Part shown: piece after piece, positions 1 through 14,152 of the stretch
How the letters are laid out: each line of letters opens with the position of its first letter
How positions within the stretch are numbered: the stretch's first letter is position 1
Assembly (NCBI RefSeq): GCF_009914755.1
Contig: NC_060928.1
DNA: 64,000 nucleotides
Strand: one strand, 5' to 3'
Source: the human T2T-CHM13v2.0 reference genome, Homo sapiens
The notes under the pieces: generated by a model
The model's input: only the letters and a program-made list of their open reading frames with translations
What the model was told of the DNA's origin: nothing
Databases searched by the model: none
Made by a program: the position numbers and the translations under genes

Positions 1-1021
1 AAAAGTTTTATTCAATAATATGTTACATTTGTGAACACTCACAAATTTAGTTTATATTTCTATCTTCCACACTCAAAAGTTTTTATTTTTCATCCTTTCC
101 TTTTCTTTACCTTTTATCCAGATTTTTGAATAGTATAAAAGTTTTTCTTTTTACAAAACAAGATCAAGATTCCTGATCCACTATTTTACAGTGTGAATTC
201 TGTTCTGTACAGTTTTAGTACAGTATTAATTATTCTGCAACTATTTACTATTTCTTGACCCAGATTATTTTATATAATTATGTTCTCCATTATTTCAACT
301 TATAATCTTCTCATCTTTCTATTTGTAAAAATAATTTTCAATAGAAACAATGGGAGACATATCATGTGTTTTGAATAGGTAATATATTTAAAATTTGGGT
401 TGATACAAAAGAATATATAGTGAAAAGTCTCCCTCTCTTGCTCATTAGTCACTGAATTCCTCTTTCTCGAGGTAACCCAGCTAAATTTTAGATAGAGAAG
501 AAAAAATATGAAAATATCTTCACAAAACCGTAGCATGTCATACAATCTGCTCTTCACTGTTTCACTTAATAATATATCTTAGAGAGTCTTCCTTCTCAAT
601 ACACAAAAATAGTCAATACAGATAGTTTAAGCTGTATGGTATCTCATTATGCGCTATAATTGAATAAGCTCCATATTTATAGACAGCAAAGAGTATGTCA
701 ATGCATTATCTTTTTAGAGTCTACTAAGTCATCCTCAATTAGGATTACAAATTTACCATTTGCATTTCTTATGTTTAATGACACTGGCAATTTGGCAATA
801 TGATAGCTCAAAAAAAGTATTTCAGTTCATAGTAACTTTAGTGATACATGGTACATACTCTATATACCCTAACAAACAGAAACATTACTTTTAAGAATAA
901 TTACTAAAATAAACACAAAACTTATATGATATGGGAACAAATCAAGCCTAAGAGATATAATACTTCTATCATGAATACATCTATATTTCCCCTTTATTGG
1001 AGTAATTAAAAATTGAATAAA

Positions 1022-1316
1022 GGCCAGGTGTGGTGGCTTATGCCTGTAATCCCAGCATTTTGGAAGGTCAAGGTAGGCAGATCACTTGAGGTCAGGAGTT
1101 GCAGACCAGCCTGGCCAATATGGTGAAACCCCATCTCTACTAAAAATAACAAAAATTAGCCTGGTATGGTGGCACGCACCTGTAGTCCCAGCTTCTCAGG
1201 AGGCCAAGGCAGGAGAATCGCGTTAACCCAGGCGGCGGAGATTGCAGTGAGCCAAGATTGTGCCACTGCACTCCAGCCTGGACGATAGAGCGAGATTCAG
1301 TTTCAAAAAAAAAAAA
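1022..1316 (+). mobile_element. Alu SINE, full length (AluS, Sx/Sz-like)
   Basis: GGCCAGGTGTGGTGGCT start, two arms with TAAAAATAACAAAAATTAG linker, A tail; near-TSD AAAA(T)TGAATAAA on both sides. Confidence 0.95.
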
Positions 1317-1877
1317 TGAATAAATAAAAAGATATATTACAATCATAAATAGGAAAACTAATATTTTTTATAACGGGTTTTCTTAAATGGATCTGTAGAT
1401 CAATATAATTCCAATTAAAACACTTTGAGAATGAACAAGATTATCCTGATTTATTAAGAAAGAGCAAAGGTTAAGATTTAACAAAGGGATGAGGTGATGA
1501 AAACAGTGTATTGGTAGCTACAGGGCTTAATGTGATATGGCTTGGCTTGCATTCCAAGTATACATATATTAAATATGTTATTGTTCATTAACTCTTTCAA
1601 GTATAAAAGGTGGTATTTTTAATTCTCTCTTTGTTTTTCAGTACTGCTTGAATGTGCTTTTATAATCTACAGCTAAAGAGAAAGTTCTAATTTCTAGACT
1701 AATTTTCAATACCTGGAAAAAATGCATCCAGTAAGCCTTTTTAGATCTCATGTCCCTATTTTGTTTTCTAAAGCAAATGCATTAATATCTGACCCTCTGA
1801 ATTTGTTGAGCACGTGTAAGTCCTCAACTCCAGGATGTATTAAGCATTTCTCAAAGTTTTAGTCATACAAATTTTCT

Positions 1878-1951
1878 CTCCAAATTTTAATTCTCCATTA
1901 TATTTTAAATTATTCCTCCAATTTTAATTCTCCATTATATTTTAAATTATT
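1878..1951. repeat. ~37-bp tandem duplication
   Basis: CTCCAA(A)TTTTAATTCTCCATTATATTTTAAATTATT occurs twice head-to-tail. Confidence 0.9.
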
Positions 1952-2669
1952 TCTTTCTGTGAATTATATATAGACATAAAAATAGTAATATTATTATTAT
2001 AATGGAGAGAGGGTGATATAAAATTTACAATAATGTAGTCTCACCCAAAATAATGTTCATACAGCACCAATATGACATTTCTGATTGCTACAGATGTGAG
2101 TCTCTGAGCCATGTAGCTAACAGTGAAAGAGTTAACATCTCATTGTATAACCTCTGGGAAAAAGTAATCAAAACATAAGCAAATAACGTACTAAAACTTT
2201 TAGTACATTTTATTGTCGCGTATGACCTAAAATATTATTCTTAGGTCCTGGAAAGATGTGAATTGTGACTTTTAATTTTAAGAACTTTAATGGATTGATA
2301 TGTTTTGCTTGTCTTTAATAATATGTCAGGGGAAAGTTGTGAGAAACAACATCAGAGACAATTAAAGGATGTTCTAAACCACAGTATTCATGAAAATTCT
2401 AAGGTTATATTTTTATATTTATACATTTTACTTTGTAAATCATATCTACATTGAAATGTTTGAGATTAAACAAATCTCAAATACACTTTTTAAGATTATA
2501 GATTTATTTCACATATTTCATATCTATTATTATATTGTAATAGATCATTTCTATAATTCTTCATGTTCAATCCTCTTTTCGTAAAGTATTATGTTTTTCC
2601 TATATACTATCCATGGAGAATTCCTATTAAACACACGCACATATTATATATATTTTACATGTATATTTC

Positions 2670-3033
2670 GAAGCAGGAATGGAAGTTTATTAAAAAGCTT
2701 TAGAACAACAAGGAAAGGAAGGAAAGAAAAGAAGGGAAGTGCAACTTGAAAGAGGGCCAGGCAGGAGACCTGAGAAACCAAGTGCAGAGCCTGACCGCTT
2801 GACTTGGGCTTTTTATACATTGGCGTACTTCTGGGATTTTACTGGGAAGCTACTGATCAGTTTCAGGTGTTTTCTATGTAGTAGGAGATTGCGTTCCCTG
2901 GTACCAGCTGTGATCAATTATTTCTTTAGCTAAATGGTTAACCACAACCACCTGACGCCCAACACTCCTAGTATGTGTGTGGAGGAAGCCCTCTCCTGCG
3001 CTGCTCATACCTGACTAGCTACCTACTGCAACA
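2670..3033 (-). mobile_element. ERV1 (MER4-group) LTR, MER50/MER66-like, internally deleted and truncated at its 3' end
   Basis: Minus strand starts TGTTGCAGTAGGTAGCTAGTCAGGTATGAGCAG; has TATAAAA box and AAAGCTTTTTAATAAAC poly-A region; family from recalled consensus. Confidence 0.7.
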
Positions 3034-3195
3034 TTTCCCTCCTAAAGAGTCCAAGACCCCAAATATTTGGGGGAAAATGGCTGAAGGTTGGTCTTCTGTA
3101 AATGCTTCCTGCTGACAGAGGGGTGGTGGTGGTTCTGTGGGTCTTGCCCTCTTGCTAGGTGTTAGGACTGAGTTGGCTCCATGAATTGGTGAAAG
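3034..3195 (-). mobile_element. ERV internal fragment with polypurine tract abutting the LTR
   Basis: Minus strand TTTAGGAGGGAAA immediately precedes the LTR TG, as expected for the PPT of a 3' LTR. Confidence 0.55.
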
Positions 3196-3229
<34 letters not shown>

Positions 3230-3254
3230 ATCTATCTGTCTATCATCATCATCT

Positions 3255-3292
<38 letters not shown>
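3196..3292. repeat. Compound microsatellite (TCTA)n-(TG)n
   Basis: Read directly. Confidence 0.95.
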
Positions 3293-6200
3293 TGATCCAG
3301 GGATGCAGGGGTTTTACTATTTTATATTCTTATTAGTCCAACTAGGATAAAACTACCAGCATTTCTCTTTACACAATTTATTTATTTATTTACAGTCATG
3401 TGCTTCCTGTTTCTCAACAAATCCTTGATTCTTATTTGATGCTAAAGCTTATAATTCAATGTGAAGTAAATACAGTGAGTTCTTATGTAAAGTAACCACA
3501 GCCTAAACCACATTCCTTCTTACAGGGAAGGAATGATAGATTTTGTATTTTAAAAGGCAAAACTTGAAGGGAGAACATTTGTCTGAATTTTTGTAATTGT
3601 TAAGTCCAATGATTAAATACACCTTACTCCTCACGTTACCTTTGAAGAAACACAGAAAGCATAATTAACAGAAGGATGATGTGTTTGTATCTTTGTTCAT
3701 CAGTTTGTTATTTTAGAAGTTAAGATTAAACAAAGTATATTTTATCTACCTAACTTTTGGAAGTATAACTCTGATTAAAATTGTAAATACTTTAATTTCA
3801 TTAGAGGAAAAAAAATCCAAAGAAAGAATATATGGCTACTTTATACTGTAGACCAGCTGGTGCAACTTTAATGAAATTCTCAAAATACATGATAAATTCA
3901 AACAATATCTTAAGCTTAGTAGCCATAAATATTCTTGTCATTTTGATGTAAGAAAGTTAGATGCAGAATAACATAAAATTAATGTATTAGTCCTTTAAAA
4001 ATTCACTTATTAGTAATTTTAATTGACATTTATTTCTGAATAATTTCTGGCCAGAATGAACACATCAGAAAGGAAAGAAGAAATAAATGAGGTGGGTATA
4101 AGAAACCAAAAATGCCATTAATCACTTAGTTGTAAAGTATTTCTCCTTGACAACTTGTTATTTTAAATTTACTTACGAGAAGTTTAAATAGAAGAAATTA
4201 TTTTTGGTGCAGTCAGGCATATTTTACAATACTCAGTTTATAATATGTATTTAGCAATACAATCTTTTTTTTTACATAATTAGGGATCAAGCTATTGCAT
4301 CTATGTTGCTTTCATAATAATGGCATAACTCCTCAAGTGTATTAAGGACTTCTATATCATATTTAAAGAACTGAATAATCTAGGCTCTATGAGCAATGTC
4401 AAGATTGCTTTACAATGTAATTGATTAATACTGATCATATAATTTTGTTTTTAAGCACCTGCCAGTTTTTACTTTTTTTCTTTTTTGTATATAATAACAT
4501 TATTCCTTTACGGTCTTCTATATCACTCCTATGCCTCAAATAATTATTTTTTCTTCAACTTTTAAGTTCAGGGGTACATGTGCAGGATGTGCAAGTTTCT
4601 TACATAAATAAACATGTGCCATGGTGGTTTGCTGCATAGATCATCCCATCACCTAGGTATTAAGCCCAGCATGCATTAGCTATTCTTCCGGATACTTTCC
4701 CTTCCCTCAACCCCCACCAAAAGGACCATTTGTGCTATTCCCTGCCATATGTTTATGTGTTCTCATTGTTCAGCTCCCACTTATAAGTGAGAATATGTGG
4801 TATTTGGTTTTTTGTTCCTGCATTACTTTGCTGAGGATACTAACTTCCAGCTCCATCTATGTCCCTGCAAAGTACATGATCTCATTCCTTTTTATGGCTG
4901 CATAGTATTCCATGGTATATATGTACCACATTTTCTTTATCCAGCCTATTATTGACAGGCATTTAGGTTGATTCCATGTCTTTGCTATTGTGACTAGTGC
5001 TGCAATGAACATACATCTACATGTATCTTATAATAGAATGATTTATATTCTTTTGTGTATATACCCAGTAATAGGAATGCTGGGTCAAATATATTTTTGC
5101 CTGTAGGTATTTGAGGAATCACCACACTGTCATCCAAAATGATTGAACTAATTTATACTCCCACCAACAGGGTAAAACCATTCTTTTTTCTCTACAACCT
5201 TGCCAGCATCTGTTGTTTTTTGACTTTTTAATAATAGCCATTCTGACTGGTGTGAGATGGTATCTCATTGAGGGTTTGATTTGTATTTCTCTAATGATCA
5301 GTGATGTTGGAGCTTTTTTTTTCCATGTTTGTTGGTCGCTTGTATAACTTCTTTTGAGAAGTCTGTTCATGTCCTTTGCCCACTTTTTAATGGGGTTGTT
5401 TGCTTTTTTCTTGTAAATTTTTTCCTTGTAGACTTTGGATATTAGACCTTTGTCAGATAGATAGATTGCAAATTTTTCTCCCATTCTGTAGGTTGTCTGT
5501 TATCCCTAATGATAGTTTCTTTTGCTGTGCACAAGCTCTTTAGTTTAATTAGCTCTCATTTGTCAATTTTCGCTTTTATTATAATTTCTTTTGATGTTTT
5601 CATCATGAAATCTTTTCCCATGCCTAATGTCGTGAATGCTATTGCCTAGATTTTCCTCTAGGATTTTTTATATGTTTAAGTCTTACATTTAAGTCTACAA
5701 TTCATCTTGAGTTAATTTTTGTATATGATGTAACAAAAGGGGTCCAGTAGCAGTTTTCTGCCTATGGCTAGCCAGTTCTCCCAGCACCACTTATTAAATA
5801 TGGAACTCTTTCCTCAATGATTTTTTTTTTGGTTGAAGACTAGATGGTTATAAGTGTGAAGTCTTATTTCTGAGTTCTCTATTCTGTTCCATTGGTTTAT
5901 GTGTCTGTTCTTCTACCAGTATCATGTTGTTTTGGTTACTGAAGCCTTGTTGTATAGTTTGGAGTCAAGTAGCATGATGCTTCCAGCTTTTTCTTTTTAC
6001 TTAAGAGTGTCTTGGTTATTTGGGTTCTTTTTTGTTTCATATGAATTTTAACATAGTCTTTTCTAATTCTGAGAAGAATGTCATTGTTACTTTAATGATA
6101 ATAGCATTAAATGTATAAATTACTTTGGTCAGTATGGCCATTTTCATGATATTGATTCTTTTATCCATGAGCATGTAATGTTTTCCATTTGTTTCTGCCC

Positions 6201-8240
6201 TCTCTGATTTCTTTGAGCAGTGGTTTGTAGTTCTCCTAGAAGAGGTCCTTCATTTCCCTTGTGAGATGTATTCCTAGGTATTTTTTTTTATTTTTGTAGT
6301 AATTGAGAATAAGAGTTCATTCATAATTTGGCTCTCTGTTTGCCTGTTATTCGTATATAGGAATACTAGCAATTTTTGCACATTGATTTTGTATCCTGAG
6401 ATTTTGCTAAAGTTGTTTATCAGCTTAAGAAGCTTTTGGGCCAAGATGATGAAATTTCCTAGATATAGAATTATAGATAATTTGACTTCCTCTCTTCCTA
6501 TTTGAATATGCTTTATTTCTTTCACTTGCCTGATTGCTTTGGCCTGAAATTCCAATACTATGTTGAATAGAAGTGCTGAGAGAGGCCATCCTTGTTTTGT
6601 GCTGGTTTTCAAGGGGAATGCTTCCATCTTTTGCCCATTCAGTATGATGTTGGCTGTGGGTTTGCATAGATGGTTCTTATTATTTTGATGTATGTTCTTT
6701 CAATACATAGTTTATTGAGAGTTTTTAGCATGAAGGTATGTTGAATTTTATCAAAGGCCTTTTCTGCATCTATTGAGATATTCATGTGGTTTTTGCTTGA
6801 GTTCTGTTTATGTGATGAATCACATGTATTGATTTGCATATGTTGAGCCAATCTTGCATCCCAGGGATGAAACTAGGTGGTGGATAAGCTTTTTGAGGTG
6901 CTGCTGGTTTCAGTTAGCCAATGTTTTATTGAGGATTTTTGCATCGATGTTCATCAATATATTGGTCTGAAGTTTTTGTTGTTGTTGTTGCATGTCTGCC
7001 AGGTTTTGGTGTCAGGATGATGCTGGTCTCATAGAATGAGTTATGGAGGAGTCTCTCTTTTTCAATTTTCTGAAATAGTTTCAGTAGAAATGGTACCAGC
7101 TCTTCTTTGTACCTCTGGTAGAATTCAGCTGTGAATCCCTCTGGTCCTGGGCTTTTTATGGTTGGTAGATTATTTGTTACTGCCTAAATTCAGAACTCAT
7201 TTTTAGTCTATTCAAAAATTTAATTTCTTCCCGGTTCACTCTTGGAAGGGTGTATGTATCGAGAAGTTTATCCATGTCTTCTAGATCTTCTAGTTTAAAT
7301 GTATAGAGGTATTTGTTTATACTATTCTCTGTTGGTTGTTTGTATTTCTGTGAGGGCCGTGTTGATAACCTAGTTATCATTTCTGATTGTGTTTATTTGA
7401 TTCTTCTCTCTTTTCTTCTTTATCAGTCTAGCTAGTGGTCTATTAATTTTTTTCAAAATACCAGTTCCTGGATTCATTGATATTTTTGAAGTGTTTTTTG
7501 TGTCTCTATCTCCTTCAGTTCAGTTCTGGTCTTGGTTATTTATTGCCTTTACTAGCTTTGGGGTTTGTTTGCTCTGGGTTCTCTAGTTCTTTTGGTTTTG
7601 ATGTTAGGTTATTAACTTGAGGTCCTTCTAGCTCTTTGATGTGGGCATTTCGTGTTATACATGTCTCTCTTAACACTGCTTTAGCTGTATCCCAAAGATT
7701 CTGGTATATTGTCTCCTTTTTCTCATTATTTTCAAATAACTTGATTTCTGCCTTAATTTCATTATTTACCCAAGAGTCTTTCAGGAGCAGGTCATTCAAT
7801 TTCTATGTAGTTGTGTGGTTTTGCGTGAATGTCTTAATCTTGAGTTCTAATTTGATTGTGCTGTGATCTGAGAGACAGTTTTTATTATTTTTTTAATTTC
7901 AGTAGGTTTTTGGGAAACAGGTGGTGTTTGGTTACATGAATAAGTTCTTTAGTGGTGATTTCTGAGATTTTCGTGCACCTATCACCCTAGCAGTGTACAC
8001 TGTACCCAATGTATAGTCTTTTATCCCTCACCCTTTGCCCACTCTTTCCTCTCAGTCTCAAAAATCCATTCTGTCATTTTTATGCCTTTGCATCTTCAGA
8101 GCTTAGCTCCCACATGTGAGCAAGAACATACGATGTTTGGTTTTTATTCCTGAGTTGCTTCACTTAGAATATTAGTCTCCAATTTCATCCAGGTGTTGCA
8201 AATGCCATTATTTCATTCATTTTTATGGCTGGGTAATGTA

Positions 8241-8245
<5 letters not shown>

Positions 8246-8319
<74 letters not shown>

Positions 8320-8324
8320 ACACA
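8246..8324. repeat. (TA)n(CA)n microsatellite within L1PB1
   Basis: Read directly. Confidence 0.95.
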
Positions 8325-11300
8325 ATATGTTGAACGTTTTTATTTTTATATATAAATATGATATATATATATCACATTTGCTTTATTCATTGATTGATGG
8401 GCATTTGGGCTGGTTTCATATTTTTGCAATTACAAATTGTGCTGCTATAAACATGCACGTGAAAGTATATTTTTCATATAATGACTTCTTTTCCTCTGGG
8501 TTGACACCTACTAGTGGGATTGCTGGATCAAATGGTAGATCTACTTTTAGTTTTTAAGGAATCTCCAAATTTTCCATAGTGGTTATAGTAGTTTACATTC
8601 CCATCAACAGTGTAAAATTGTTTCCTTTTCACCACATCCATATCAACATTTTTTTTTTATTATGGCCATACTTGCAGGAGTGAGGTGGTATCACATTGTG
8701 GTTTTGATTTGCATTTCCCTGATAAGTAGTGATGTTGAGAATTTTTTCCATATGTTTGTTGGCCACTTGTATATCTTCTTTTGAAAATTTATTTATGTCC
8801 TTAGCCCTCTTTTTGATGAGATTGTTTGTTTTTCTCTTGTTGATTTATTTAAGTTCTTTGTAGATTCTAGATATTCATCCTTTGTTGGATGTATAGATTG
8901 TGAAGATTTTCTCCCACTCTGTGGGTTGTCTGTTAGATCTGCTGAATATTTCTTTTGCTGTGAAGAATTTTTTTAGTTTAATTAAGTCCCATGTACTTAT
9001 ATTTGTTTTTGTTGTGTTTGCTTTTGGGTTCTCCGTCATGAAGTATTTGCCTAAGTCAGTGTCTAAATGGGTCTTTCTGATGTTATTTTCTAGAATCTTT
9101 ATGGTTTCAAGTATTACATTTAAGTCTTTGATCTATCTTGAGTTGATTTTTATATAAAATAAGAGGTGAAGATCCAGTTTCATTCTTCTACATGTGGCTT
9201 TCCAGTTACCCCAGCACCATTTGTCAAATAGGGTCTCCTTTCCCCACTTAATGTTTTTGTTTGTATTGTCAAAGATCAGTTGGCTGTAAGTATTTGACTT
9301 TATTTATGGGTTCTCTATTCTGTTCCATTGGTCTAGGTGCCAACTTTTATACCAGCACCATGCTGTTTTGGTGACTATGGCCTTATAGTATAGTGTGAAG
9401 TCGGGTAATGTGATGCCTCCAGATTTGTTCTTTTTGCTTAGTCTTGCTTTGACTATGAGGGCTCTTTTTTGGTTCCATATGCATTTTGGGATGGTTTTTT
9501 CAAGTTCTGTGGAGAATGATGGTGGTTTTTTGATGGGAATTGCATTGAATTTGTAGATTTTGTCAGTATGGACATTTTTACAATATTAATTCTATCCATC
9601 CATGAGCATTAGATGTGTTTCAATTTGTTTGTGTCATCTATGAGTTATTTCATCAGTGTTTTGTTTTCTTTGTAGCGGTCTTTCACACCCTTGGTTAGGT
9701 ATATTTCCAAGTTGTTTTTTTTTTTTTCCACTTTTTGCAGCTATTGTGAAAGGGGTTGAGTTCTCGATTTGCTTCTCAGCTTGGTCACTGTTGGTGTATA
9801 CCAGAGCTACTGATTTGTGTACATTAATTTTGTATCCTGAAACTTTGCTGAATTTATTTAGCAGTTCTAGGAGCTTTTTGGTTGAGTCTTTAGGGTTTCC
9901 TAGGTTTACAATTATATCATCGGCAAACAGTGACAGCTTGACTTCCTCTTTACCAATTTGGATGACCTTTATTTCTTTATCTTATATGATTGCTCTGGCT
10001 AGGACTTCCAGTACTATGTTAAATGGAAGTTGTGAAAGTGGGCATCCTTGTCTTGTTCCAGTACTCAAGGGAAATGCTTTCAACTTTCCCTGTTCAGTAT
10101 AATGTTGGCTGTGGGTTTGTCGCAAATGGCTTTTCTTACTTTAAGGTATGTCCTGTCTACACAGATTTTGCTGAGGCTTTTAATCATAAGGGAATGCTGG
10201 ATTTTGTAAAATCCTTTTTTGTGTGTGTATCTATTGAGATAATCACATAATTTTTATTTTGAATTTTTTAATGTGGTTTATTACATTTATTATGTATGTT
10301 AAACCATCCCTACATCATTGTATGAAACCCACTTGATCATGGTGGATTATCTTTTTGATATGCTGCAATTTGTTGAAGATTTTTACATCTATGTTCTTCA
10401 GGGATATTGGTCTGTAGTTTTCATTTTTTATCATGTCCTTTTCTGGTTTTGGTATTAGGGTGATACTGGCCTTGTAGAATGATTTAGGGTGGATTTCCTC
10501 TTTTTCTATTTTTTGGTATAGGGTTGGAATCAATTTTTCTTTGAATGTCTGATAGAATTCTGCTGTGAATCCGTCTAGTCCTGGATTTTGTTTGTTGTTG
10601 TTGGCATTTTTTAATTACCATTTCAATCTCACTGTTATTGGTCTGTTCGGAGATTGTATATCTTCCTAGTTTAATCTAGGAGGGTTGTATATTTCCAGAA
10701 ATTTATCCATCTCTTCTAGGTTTTCTAGTTTATGTGCATAAAGGTGTTCACAGTAGCCTAGAATAATCTTTTTTATTTCTGTGGTATCTGTTGTAATATC
10801 TCCTGTTTCATTTCTGATTGAGCTTATTTAGATCTTTGCTCTTCTTGTCTTGGTTAATCTCACCAATGGTATATCAATTTATTTATCTTTTCAAAGAATC
10901 AGCTTTTTGTTTCATGTATATTTTTGTATTTTTTTTGTTTCAATTTCATTTGGTTCTACTCTGATCTCATTATTTCTTTTCTTCTGCTGCGTTTAGATTT
11001 GGATTGTTTTTGTTTTTCCAGTTCTGTGATGTGTGACTTTTGATTGTCTATTTGTGCTCTTTTAAACTTGGGTGTAGGCATTTAATGTTATGAACTTTCC
11101 TCTTAGCACTGTTTTTGGTCTATCCTGGAGGTTTTCATATGTTGTGTCACTATTATCATTCAGTTCAAAGAATTTTTAAATTGTCATCTTGATTTCATTG
11201 TTGACCCAATGATTATTCAGGAACAGGCCATTTAATTTCCATGTATTTGCATGGTTTTGAGGATTCTTTTTGGAGTTGATTTCCAATTTTATTTCACTGT

Positions 11301-11569
11301 GGTCTGATCTGAGAATGTACTTGATGTAATTTCGGTTTTCTTAAATTTACTGAGATTTGTTTTGTGGCCTATCATATGGTCTATCTTAGAGATTATTTCA
11401 TGTGCTGATGAATAGAATGTATATTCTGCAGTTGTTGGGTAGAATGTTCTGTAAATATCTCTTAAGTCCATTTTTTGTAGGGTATAGTTTGAGTCCATTG
11501 TTTCTTTGTTGACTTTATGTCTTAATGACCTGTCTAGTGCTGTCAGTGGAGTATTAAATCTGCCCCCAC

Positions 11570-11617
11570 CACACACACACACACATACACACACACACAC
11601 ACACACACATACACACA
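11570..11617. repeat. (CA)n microsatellite within L1PB1 ORF2
   Basis: Read directly. Confidence 0.9.
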
Positions 11618-14029
11618 ATTACTGTGTTGCTGTCTGTCTCATTTCTTAGGTATAGTATTAATCATTTTATAAATTTGGGAGCTCCAGTGTTAGGTGCATA
11701 TATGTTTAGAATTGTGATATTTTCCTGTTGAATTAGCCTTTTTGTCATTATATAATGTCCCTTTTTTGGTAACTGCTGTTGCTTTAAAATTCATTTTGTT
11801 TAAGAATAGCTACTCCTGCTAGTTTTGGTGTCCATTTAAATGGAGTATCTTTTTCCACCCCTTTATCTTAAGTTTATGTGAGTCTTTATGTGTTAGGTAA
11901 GTCTTGTGAGGACAGCAGAAACTTAGTCGGTGAATTTGTATCCATTCTGTCATTCTGTATTTTAAGTGGAGCATTTAGACCATTTACATTCAATGTTAGT
12001 ATTGAGATGTAAGATACTATTGTGATCATCATGCTATTTGTTGCCTGAATATCTTGTTGTCCTTGTTTTTCTTTTTTTTTTTTAAAATTTTGTTACTGTT
12101 ATATAGGTTCTATGAGATATATGCTTTAAGAAGGTTCTACTTTGGTGTATTCTGAGGATTTGTTTCAACATTTAGAGCTTCTTTTAGTAGTTCTTGTAGT
12201 ACTGGCTTGGTAGTGGTGACTTCTCTCAGCATTTGTTTGTGTGAAAAAGACTGTACGTTTCCTTCATTTATGAAGCTTAGTTTCTCTGGATACACAATTC
12301 TTGGTGGATAATTGTTTTGTTAAAGAGGCTAAAAATAAAAATAGGACTCAAATCCCTTCTAGCAGGTAGGGTTTCTGCTGATAAACCTGCTGTTAATCTG
12401 ATAGCTTTTTCCTTTATAGGTTACCTGATGCTTTTGACCCACAACTCTTAAGAGTCTTTTCTTCGTCTTGACTTTAGATAACCTAATGACCATGTGCCTA
12501 GGTGATGATCATTTTGTGATGAATTTCCCAAGTTTTTTTTTTTTGTTTTTGTTTTGTTTTTTTTTGAGCTTCTTGTATTTGCATGTCTAGATCTCTAGCA
12601 AGGCCAGGGAAGTTTTCCTCAATTATTCCCTCAAATATGTTTTTCTAACATTTAGATTTCTCTTCTTCCTCAGGAACAGAAATTATTCTTAGGTTTAGAC
12701 ATTTAACATTATCCAAAACTACTTGGAGTCTTCGTTCATTTCTTTTTATTCTTTTTTCTTTGTCTTTGACAGATTGGGTTAATTTGAAAGTCTTGTTTTC
12801 AAACTCTGACGTTTTATCTTCTGCTTGTTCAATTCTATTGCTGAAACTTTTCAGTTCATTTTGCATTTCTCTAAATGTGTCTGTGATTTCTAGAAGCTGT
12901 GATTTTTTTTTTAAATTTATACTACCTATTTCACGGAATAATTTTCCTTTTATATACTGTTCATATTTTTGATTTCTTTAAGTTGGACTTTACCTGTCTT
13001 TGGTGCCTCCTTTATTAGCTTAATAATCAACCATCTGAATTCTTTTTCTGGTAATTCAGAGATTATGTTTTGGTTTGGATATGTTGCTGGTGAGCTGGTA
13101 TGATATTTTGGGGATGTTAAAGAACATTGTTTTGCCATATTACCAGAATTATTTTTCTGGTTTGTTTTTATTTTGGGTAGACTATGTCAGAGAAAAGATC
13201 TGGGATTCAAGGTCTGCTGGTCAGATTCTTCTGTTCCATGGGTGCTCTCTTGATGTGGTGTTTTCCTCCTTCCCTTAAGAATGGGACATCCTGAGAGCTT
13301 AACTGTAGTGACTGTTTTTGCTCTTCTGGGTCTAGCTACCCAGCAGAGCTACCAGGCTCCCGGCTGCTACTGGAGAGTGTTTGCAAAGGGTCTTGTGATG
13401 TGATCCATCTTCAGGTCTGCAGTGCTTGGTTGTGTACTGGTTTTGTGTTGGTTGGCCTCCAGCCAGGAGGTGCACTTTCAAGTGTGCATCAGCTGTGGTC
13501 AGTTATTTGGCATCTCAGGGAGCCTGCAGTGATAATCCAGTTCCTTCAAAGGGTCTGTGGATTCTCTCAGCTTTCTCAGTATTTTCCTTGGTAGTTCTTG
13601 GAGCAAAAGTTTATGATGTGAGTCTCCAAACACTGCCCTGTCCATCCGAGCAGGAGCTGCAAGCTAGTTCTGCCTCCAATCTGCTATCTTAATTTTCACT
13701 TGAGACACTGTTTGTTATGATTTCCATTCTTTTGCATTTGCTGAGGAATGTTTTACTTCTGATTATGTGATCAGTTTTAGAGTAAGTGCCATGTGATGAT
13801 GAGAAGATGTATATTCTATTGTTTTGGGGTGGCAATTTCTGTAGATATCTATCATGTCCGCTTGATCCAGAGCTCAGTTTGTGTCCTAAATATCTTTGTT
13901 AATTTTCTGTCTCAATGATCTAATATTGTCAGTGGGGCACTAAATTCTCCCACTATTATTGTCTGGGTATCTAAGTCTCTTTGTAGGTGTCTAAGACCTT
14001 GCTTTATGAATCTGGGTGCTCCCGTATTG

Positions 14030-14032
<3 letters not shown>

Positions 14033-14071
<39 letters not shown>

Positions 14072-14152
14072 CACACACACACACACATATATATACACAC
14101 ATATATATACACATACATATATATACACACACACACATATATATATATATAT
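14033..14152. repeat. (TA)n/(CA)n compound microsatellite within the L1 endonuclease region
   Basis: Read directly. Confidence 0.95.

Larger units (their letters stand above)
7882..13700 (-). mobile_element. Near-full-length L1PB1 nested in ORF2 of the older L1
   Basis: L1PB1-type 3' UTR (GGTGGTGTTTGGTTACATGAATAAGTTCTTTAGTGGTGATTTCTGAG); ORF2/ORF1 remnants (e.g. 10315-10533, 12645-12866); 5' end AAGATAGCAGATTGGAGGCAGAACTAGCTTGCAGCTCC on minus strand; TSD TGAGAGACAGTTT (7869-7881) / TGAGACACTGTTT (13701-13713). Confidence 0.88.
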
